64,000 bases of DNA from Acidobacteriota bacterium (lineage in GTDB: Bacteria; Acidobacteriota; UBA6911; RPQK01; JAJDTT01): positions 3,200,001 to 3,264,000 of the forward strand of contig CBDCJH010000002.1 of NCBI GenBank assembly GCA_965217775.1, in the 5' to 3' direction. Below the pieces are notes generated by a model. It was not told the origin of the DNA. It searched no databases and worked only from the letters and a program-made list of their open reading frames with translations. A program made the position numbers and the translations under genes. Positions 57,985 to 64,000 of the stretch are shown here, piece by piece. The first letter of the stretch is position 1. The number at the start of each line of letters is the position of its first letter.

Positions 57985-59234
57985 TGCGGGTGAAGAGCAC
58001 GACTCTCCGAACGCCCACGTTGTTGGCTGCAGCCGTGTTTCTGCTGGTGGCGGCATCGGGACAGGCCCAGCAGAGCGAGGCCCCGAAGGGACCGGCCGCG
58101 GTCATTGACGCCTCCAAATACGAGTCTCTCCAAGAGGCTTTGGACGCGGTCCCCGAGGCCGGCGGGCTCGTTCAACTGCCGCCAGGAGACTTCCCATTGG
58201 AGCAGCCGTTGACCCTGGCCCGGGAGAATACCCGGGTCGTGGGTTCGGGCGCCGCGACTCACCTGATCAACAAGAACACCCAGGGCAAGCCCGCCTTCAT
58301 CGTCCGCAATCCGAAGCGGGATCTGGAACCCAAGGCGCGACTCTGGAGAGTGCAATTGGCCGACTTCCGTATCAGCGGCAACCCCGAAAGCGGCGACGGC
58401 CTGCAGGTGGAGGGGGCCAACGAGATCTACATCGACGGGCTCTCCATCGACCGCAACGGCGGCCACGGCATGAACCTCATCGACTGTTACGAGGATCCCC
58501 GGATCGTCAACTCCATCGTCACCTACAACGGCAAGGCGGGGATGAACGTGCTGGGAGCCCACGACATGCTGGTGAACGCCAACCAGTTCGAGGAGAACCA
58601 GGACGGCCTGCGCTACATCAACGGCTTCAACCTCTGCATGACCGGGAACGTCCTGGACGATCACCTGGGCGACGGCGTCGTCATCGAACGGACCTACGGG
58701 TCGGTGGTCTCGGGCAACATGATCGAGGAGTGCCGGGGCACGGCCATCATTCTGGACCGGGACTGCTACGGCATCACCTTGAGCTCCAACGTGATCGCCC
58801 ACAACCAGAAGGGGGGCATCGACCTGCGGGACGCGTGGGGCTGCGCCGTCTCGGCCAACACCTTCACCCTGATTCCGAAACAGGCCGTGCGGGTGGGTCC
58901 CAATGCCGGCCGGATCGCCATCACCGGCAACGCCTTCTCCAACAGCTACCTGGGCGGGAAGACCAAGTACCACGAGCGGCTGGACGGCGAGTGGCCCAAC
59001 GTCACTCTGGGAAGCGGGATCCTGCTGGAAGGAACGTCGGACATCGCCATCACCGGCAATTCCTTCACCGGCCTCCAGGAAAACGCGGTCCGGACCCTGG
59101 GTGAATGCCAGCGAATCACCGTCACCGGCAACGTGGCCACCGACCTGGGACGTTCCGGATCTCAGAAGGTCCGGGCCTTCGACCTGCAGAACGTGCGTGG
59201 ACTCGTCCGTGGCAACAACGCCGTCGACGACTGA
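57981..59234 (+). CDS. Secreted right-handed parallel beta-helix protein
   Basis: 'SLQEALDA...VQLPPG'; repeated ITGN/VSGN beta-helix rungs. Confidence 0.8.
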   Translation: MMRVKSTTLRTPTLLAAAVFLLVAASGQAQQSEAPKGPAAVIDASKYESLQEALDAVPEAGGLVQLPPGDFPLEQPLTLARENTRVVGSGAATHLINKNTQGKPAFIVRNPKRDLEPKARLWRVQLADFRISGNPESGDGLQVEGANEIYIDGLSIDRNGGHGMNLIDCYEDPRIVNSIVTYNGKAGMNVLGAHDMLVNANQFEENQDGLRYINGFNLCMTGNVLDDHLGDGVVIERTYGSVVSGNMIEECRGTAIILDRDCYGITLSSNVIAHNQKGGIDLRDAWGCAVSANTFTLIPKQAVRVGPNAGRIAITGNAFSNSYLGGKTKYHERLDGEWPNVTLGSGILLEGTSDIAITGNSFTGLQENAVRTLGECQRITVTGNVATDLGRSGSQKVRAFDLQNVRGLVRGNNAVDD

Positions 59235-59273
59235 GCCCGGACACCGGTCCTGGCATGATGACGTTGGGCACTA

Positions 59274-59412
59274 TTTCCGTAGGGGCGGCCCTTGTGGCCG
59301 CCTTCCCCGACCGGTCGCAGGGTGCGGGAAGGGTCAAACGACGTGACGGCTGCGGACACGTTTCCGTAGGGGCGGCCCTTGTGGCCGCCCTCCCCGACCG
59401 GTCGCCAGGGTG
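59274..59412 (+). repeat. Two tandem GTAG-type REP units (87-bp period)
   Basis: GTAGGGGCGGCCCTTGTGGCCGCCYTC at 59279 and 59366, each followed by CCCGACCGGTCGC. Confidence 0.85.
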
Positions 59413-59486
59413 CAGGAACGATCGAATGCCGTGACGGCTCGGGTCACGGGCCGACAATTACAACAAGACACCCGGAGGAAAACAGT

Positions 59487-61133
59487 ATGGGTGGATTCCA
59501 ATACCAGGAGATTTTCGAGCACGCCGGTCAGAACGTGGAATACCGGAAGCTCGGCGACCAGGTCTCCACGGTGGAGTTCGAGGGCCGCCAAATGCTCAAG
59601 GTCGGACCCGAGGCGCTGCCGCTCCTGGCCCAATCCGCCATCGACGACGTCTCCCACCTGCTGCGGACGAGCCACCTGGAGCAGCTCGCTCGCATCCTGG
59701 AGGACCCCGAGGCCTCCGAGAACGACCGGTTCGTGGCGCTGGAGCTGCTGAAGAACGCCAACATCGCGGCGGGGCGCGTCCTGCCCGGCTGCCAGGACAC
59801 GGGAACCGCCATCGTCATCGGCCACAAGGGCCAGAACGTCTGGACCGATGGGGACGACGGCGAGGCCCTGTCTCTGGGCATCTACAGCGCCTACCAGGAG
59901 GGGAACCTGCGCTACTCCCAGTTGGCTCCGCTGAGCATGTACAAGGAGAAGAACACCCGGACCAACCTCCCGGCCCAGATCGAGCTCTACGCCGAACCGG
60001 GAGACGAATACCACCTCCTCTTCATCGCCAAGGGCGGAGGCTCGGCCAACAAGATGTTCCTCTACCAGCAGACCAAGGCCCTGCTGAATCCCGATTCCCT
60101 CATGCGCTTCGTGGAAGAGAAGCTCCATTCCCTGGGGACGGCCGCCTGCCCTCCCTATCACCTGGCCCTGGTGATCGGAGGCATGTCGGCCGAGTTCACC
60201 ATGAAGACCCTGAAGCTGGCCAGCGCGCACTACCTGGACGATCTGCCCACTAAAGGCAACGAGTTGGGCCGGGCTTTCCGGGACCGGGAACTGGAGCATC
60301 AGATCTTCGACTTGTCCACGCGAATCGGCATCGGCGCCCAGTTCGGCGGCAAGTACTTCGCCCACGACGTCCGGGTCATTCGGCTGCCCCGCCACGGCGC
60401 CTCCTGCCCGGTGGGCCTGGGAGTCTCTTGCTCGGCGGACCGCCAGGCGCTGGGCAAGATCACCCGCGACGGGATCTTCCTGGAGCAGTTGGAGACCAAT
60501 CCGGCCCGCTTCCTGCCCGAAGTGACCGAAGACGACCTGGACGACGACGTGGCGCAGATCGATCTGAACCGGCCTATGCCTGTAATCCTCGACGACCTGC
60601 GGCAATACCCGGTGGCCTCGCGCCTCTCGCTGACCGGACCCGTGATCGTGGCCCGGGACATCGCCCACGCCCGGTTGAAGAAGGATCTGGACAACGGCCG
60701 GGCGCTGCCGCAGTACTTCAAGGACCACGTGGTCTACTACGCCGGTCCGGCCAAGACGCCCCAGGGGTACGCCTCAGGCTCCTTCGGCCCCACCACCGCC
60801 GGCCGCATGGATCCTTACGTGGACCTCTTCCAGAGCCAGGGCGCCAGCATGGTCATGCTGGCCAAGGGCAACCGTTCCCGTCAGGTGAGCCAGGCCTGCG
60901 CCCGTCACGGAGGCTTCTATCTGGGCTCCATCGGGGGCCCCGCCGCGGTCCTGGCCGAGCACAGCATCAAGAAGGTGGAGGTGGTGGATTACGAGGATCT
61001 GGGGATGGAGGCCATCTGGAAGATCCAGGTGGAAGACTTCCCCGCCTTCGTCATCATCAACCACGAGGGCCGAGACTTCTACACCGAACTCCCCGGCGGC
61101 AAGAGCGGCGGGTTGATCTCGTTGAAGTCGTGA
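59487..61133 (+). CDS. fumA: Class I (Fe-S) fumarate hydratase
   Basis: [52 protein letters not shown]. Confidence 0.93.
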   Translation: MGGFQYQEIFEHAGQNVEYRKLGDQVSTVEFEGRQMLKVGPEALPLLAQSAIDDVSHLLRTSHLEQLARILEDPEASENDRFVALELLKNANIAAGRVLPGCQDTGTAIVIGHKGQNVWTDGDDGEALSLGIYSAYQEGNLRYSQLAPLSMYKEKNTRTNLPAQIELYAEPGDEYHLLFIAKGGGSANKMFLYQQTKALLNPDSLMRFVEEKLHSLGTAACPPYHLALVIGGMSAEFTMKTLKLASAHYLDDLPTKGNELGRAFRDRELEHQIFDLSTRIGIGAQFGGKYFAHDVRVIRLPRHGASCPVGLGVSCSADRQALGKITRDGIFLEQLETNPARFLPEVTEDDLDDDVAQIDLNRPMPVILDDLRQYPVASRLSLTGPVIVARDIAHARLKKDLDNGRALPQYFKDHVVYYAGPAKTPQGYASGSFGPTTAGRMDPYVDLFQSQGASMVMLAKGNRSRQVSQACARHGGFYLGSIGGPAAVLAEHSIKKVEVVDYEDLGMEAIWKIQVEDFPAFVIINHEGRDFYTELPGGKSGGLISLKS

Positions 61134-61140
61134 CGGCCAG

Positions 61141-61165
61141 GAGCGGCGACTTCCAGTCGCCGCTC
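61141..61165. terminator. Hairpin after fumarase (terminator or REP-like)
   Basis: GAGCGGCGACT-TCC-AGTCGCCGCTC, 11-bp stem; no U-tract. Confidence 0.5.
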
Positions 61166-61537
61166 GGGAGGGTTAGGGGGGACGGCAGTCCCCCCTCGTG
61201 TTCTTCCCCTCCTGTTCTTCCGCTTCCAGTTTCAAGTGCTCCTCCGCCGATTCCTTCTTGCAGCCACCAGATCTCCCATCGTCCTCGTACCCGTCATCCT
61301 GGCATCGTCGTCACCGGCCTGTGCGCGTACCTGGCACGCGCCGCGAACAGTTTCCGGCGACAAACGTCGATGTTAAGCTGAGAGGTATGCCTGCATTATC
61401 CGGCCCGCAGCGAGGGTTCCCATGATGACCTCGAGAAAGGTCGTCAATTCACCCGTGAAGAAGCCGAACTACTCGAGGAGAAACTGAAAAACAACCCCCA
61501 TGATGTTTCTTCCCGGACGCAGCTTCTCGGATATTAC

Positions 61538-62434
61538 ATGCAGCTTCCGCCTGTGAACGATCCATCGGATTTAGAGGCAAAACGCAAACACATACTATGG
61601 CTTGTACAAAACTCGCCGGAAGCCGAAGTCTTGGGAGCTCTCGAGGTAACGACTATCGGAATCTTCGACCCGATAGGCTATTCCAAGGTCAAGAAAGCTT
61701 GGAGGACTCAACTCGAAAGGAACCCCAAGAACGTGACGATATTGGGGAACGCGGCAAAGATGTTGGGGAACCCCGCAAATGTTATGGCGTTGAACGAACG
61801 TGAATCCGCGATCAAATTGCTCCAGCGGGCCCAATCGCTTGATCCGTCCAATGCGAAGTGGGCAACGGAGCTTGGGCACCAGTATGCAATGGAAGCACTA
61901 TGGAATGCATTGGAAACACCATGGGGATCGCCTGAGGCCGTCAAGGTGGCCAACGACAGGGCGTTGACGCAGTTCGAAAACGCGTACGCACTTGAGGATG
62001 AACACGGAAAAGACGCTCTACTGCCGGATCTTGCAAAAGCCGCATTCGGAGCGGGCCAACTGGTCAAGGCTCGAAAGTATGCGGAGAACACGTTGCAAGT
62101 TTCGAAATCCGATTGGGACTACGGTCACCGTATCCACCACGGCAACCTCGTTCTTGGTCGAATCGCTTTACGAGAGGACAATATCGACGAAGCCAAAACT
62201 CGTCTGATTGCGGCCGGCAACACGCCAGGATCACCACAACTCGATTCCTCCGGTCCGAATATGACGTTCGCCAAAGAGCTCCTCGAGAGGGGCGAGCGTG
62301 ACATCGTACTGGAGTATTTCCGACTTTGTTCGAAGTTCTGGGCATCGGAAGATGCGCAAGACCAATTCGATAAATGGGCTGTTCTGGTCAATGGAGGCAG
62401 GGTCCCGGATTTTGGCGCAAATCTCCACTACTGA
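61538..62434 (+). CDS. TPR-like helical repeat protein, possibly 5'-truncated
   Basis: 'AIKLLQRAQSLDPSN', 'HHGNLVLGRIAL', 'GSPQLDSSGPNM'; lower GC than the flanks. Confidence 0.7.
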   Translation: MQLPPVNDPSDLEAKRKHILWLVQNSPEAEVLGALEVTTIGIFDPIGYSKVKKAWRTQLERNPKNVTILGNAAKMLGNPANVMALNERESAIKLLQRAQSLDPSNAKWATELGHQYAMEALWNALETPWGSPEAVKVANDRALTQFENAYALEDEHGKDALLPDLAKAAFGAGQLVKARKYAENTLQVSKSDWDYGHRIHHGNLVLGRIALREDNIDEAKTRLIAAGNTPGSPQLDSSGPNMTFAKELLERGERDIVLEYFRLCSKFWASEDAQDQFDKWAVLVNGGRVPDFGANLHY

Positions 62435-62483
62435 GTGTTCCACGGCACCGACTCTTTCGGCTGGACAGGGCCAAAGAATCCGG

Positions 62484-62786
62484 TCACGGTGTGTGCATCG
62501 TCGACGGATACCCCTCTTGCCCGGAAGACAACTGCAAAATGGGCCGAAGAGACAATGCGGAAGCAATGTCCGACAGGGTCCTGAGAGTCAGGTTTCTACC
62601 GCCGCCGAGCACCTGGGAGACGAATCCCGGGCTCTTTCCCAGACGCCTGGCCAACTCTGCCCGCGTCACTCCGGCGTCGTCGAGCGCTTGCGTCAGCGTC
62701 TCGGTAACCTGAAGGATCAATTCTTCCTGACGTACGAGTCGAACAAATTCCTTGTCAGGCCGAATCGAAATGTCACTTGTAGCCAT
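62484..62786 (-). CDS. XRE/HigA-like HTH regulator (orphan antitoxin-like)
   Basis: 'GVTRAELARRLGKSPGFVSQVLGGGRNLTLRTL'; GGAGG RBS before ATG 62786. Confidence 0.8.
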   Translation of the reverse strand: MATSDISIRPDKEFVRLVRQEELILQVTETLTQALDDAGVTRAELARRLGKSPGFVSQVLGGGRNLTLRTLSDIASALSLRPILQLSSGQEGYPSTMHTP

Positions 62787-63133
62787 TGATCCCTCCGATT
62801 TTTGCGGAACGTCATCCAACCAACGTCGCTGGAATTACCCTCGCAACCCAATATTTATATATATGTAAACTCCAGTCAAGTGACCTGACTCCTGGTGAAG
62901 TCGATGGAGAAACAGGGCTATTCTGCAAGCGGCGGCTTTCCAGCCCCCGAACATCCGGAGTGGGTTGGGCCAACAACGAATGGGCGACTGGAAAGTCGCT
63001 CCCAGCCCAGACTTTCCCACGATCTCCCCGGCTGCTAGAATCCCTCCCCGGCGGGGCGGTTGTTCCGCGACCCGCCTAATCCGGCAGGGACGAGCGGTTC
63101 GTCCCCTCGAGTTCTAACGAAAGTGACTTCCTG

Positions 63134-63913
63134 ATGGGCAAAGTCGATCTTAACTTCAAGCCTGCGGTTCCCGTGTTTGACGCCAACGCGGAGCTGGGGC
63201 GCCGGCACGACCGGCGCAATCTCATGGACACTCCGGAGCAGCTCTTCGAGGAGATGACCCGCGCCGGCGTGGACCGGGCGCTGGTCTGGCATCCCAACGG
63301 CGCCGCCTACGATTCCATGGAGGGGAATCTGATCCTCCAGGAGTTGATCCACGGGGACTCGAGACTGGTTCCCCAGTTCTTCTGCAATCCTTCTTTTGAC
63401 GACTTCGACGTCTTCACCCGAAGCGTGAAGGACGCGGCCGTCCGGTCCATCCGCATGGTCCCCCAATACCAGCACTACCCCTTCCGGGAGTGGATCGTGG
63501 GACCCTGGCTCGATTGGATGGAGCGGGAAGGATTGGCGCTCTGGCTGCCCGCGACCTACACGGTCTTCGGCGACACGACCGAGCTCGACGCCGCGGACGT
63601 GTACGACACCGTCCGGGAGCATCCACATCTCAACGTGGTCCTGAGCGAGATCCACTACTCCAACATCTCCTGGGCCGTTCCTCTGCTCAAGAGCCTCCCC
63701 AACGTCCACGTGGAGACCTCCAAGCTCACCATCGCAGATCCCATCAACCGCTTCCTGGAGTTCATGGACGACTCGCGCATCCTCTTCGGCTCCCGCTACC
63801 CCAACTCCGCCATGGGCGTCCACATCTATGCCCTGCATCACATGGGGCTGCCCGAGTCCACTGTTCGCGCCATCTGCGCCGGCAATCTGGAACGTCTCCT
63901 GGGAATGGGATAG
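63134..63913 (+). CDS. Amidohydrolase_2 family protein lacking the N-terminal HxH
   Basis: 'VFDANAELG', 'PNVHVETS', 'RILFGSRYP', 'GNLERLL'. Confidence 0.8.
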   Translation: MGKVDLNFKPAVPVFDANAELGRRHDRRNLMDTPEQLFEEMTRAGVDRALVWHPNGAAYDSMEGNLILQELIHGDSRLVPQFFCNPSFDDFDVFTRSVKDAAVRSIRMVPQYQHYPFREWIVGPWLDWMEREGLALWLPATYTVFGDTTELDAADVYDTVREHPHLNVVLSEIHYSNISWAVPLLKSLPNVHVETSKLTIADPINRFLEFMDDSRILFGSRYPNSAMGVHIYALHHMGLPESTVRAICAGNLERLLGMG

Positions 63914-63924
63914 AGGTCGAAGAA

Positions 63925-64000
63925 ATGCAAGACTTTCCCGTCGTCGATTTTCACGCACACCTGGGAAACTGGGGCCGCTTCGGCATGCTGGACACGCCCG
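63925..64000 (+). CDS. Amidohydrolase family protein, 5' end (truncated by window)
   Basis: MQDFPVVDFHAHLG with DxHxH motif; GAGG RBS. Confidence 0.7.
   Translation, partial: MQDFPVVDFHAHLGNWGRFGMLDTP

Noticed and set aside
59274-59412. Direct repeats as a possible mini-CRISPR array
   Set aside because: Only two units, with GTAG-REP palindrome structure, similar inter-repeat sequence and no cas genes.

Overview
GC-rich bacterial chromosomal window. The gene content (Oar-like TonB receptors, DUF1553/DUF1501 pair, many TA loci, AAA-ATPase/nuclease genes) suggests Acidobacteriota or a similar host-associated lineage; this is inference only. Core and metabolic blocks are ilvD, an argE-aminotransferase-cupin-DoeA/EutD-like cluster, tRNA-Gly, sthA, a complete N-methylglutamate (mgsABC-mgd/sox-gmaS) methylamine operon, class I fumarase and three secreted beta-propeller paralogues. 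Accessory regions lie at about 12-24 kb and 31-45.5 kb. The most striking element is at 13702-14945. It is a transposase-less element carrying an intact tnpB, bounded by 22-bp IS1595-like terminal inverted repeats and an 8-bp target-site duplication rather than IS200/IS605 ends. Its predicted omega-RNA appears to use the inverted repeat as its 3' stem and pseudoknot. Other notable items: an ORF-less group II intron and an IS481 that both sit inside GTAG-type REP palindromes; a low-GC wHTH + HEPN-motif gene pair bracketed by a 603-bp duplication; an XRE-ImmA/IrrE + PIN module; and a run of TA loci whose toxins are damaged while the antitoxins persist, one of them carrying an in-frame MITE. All coordinates and alignments were read by eye; no database searches were run.
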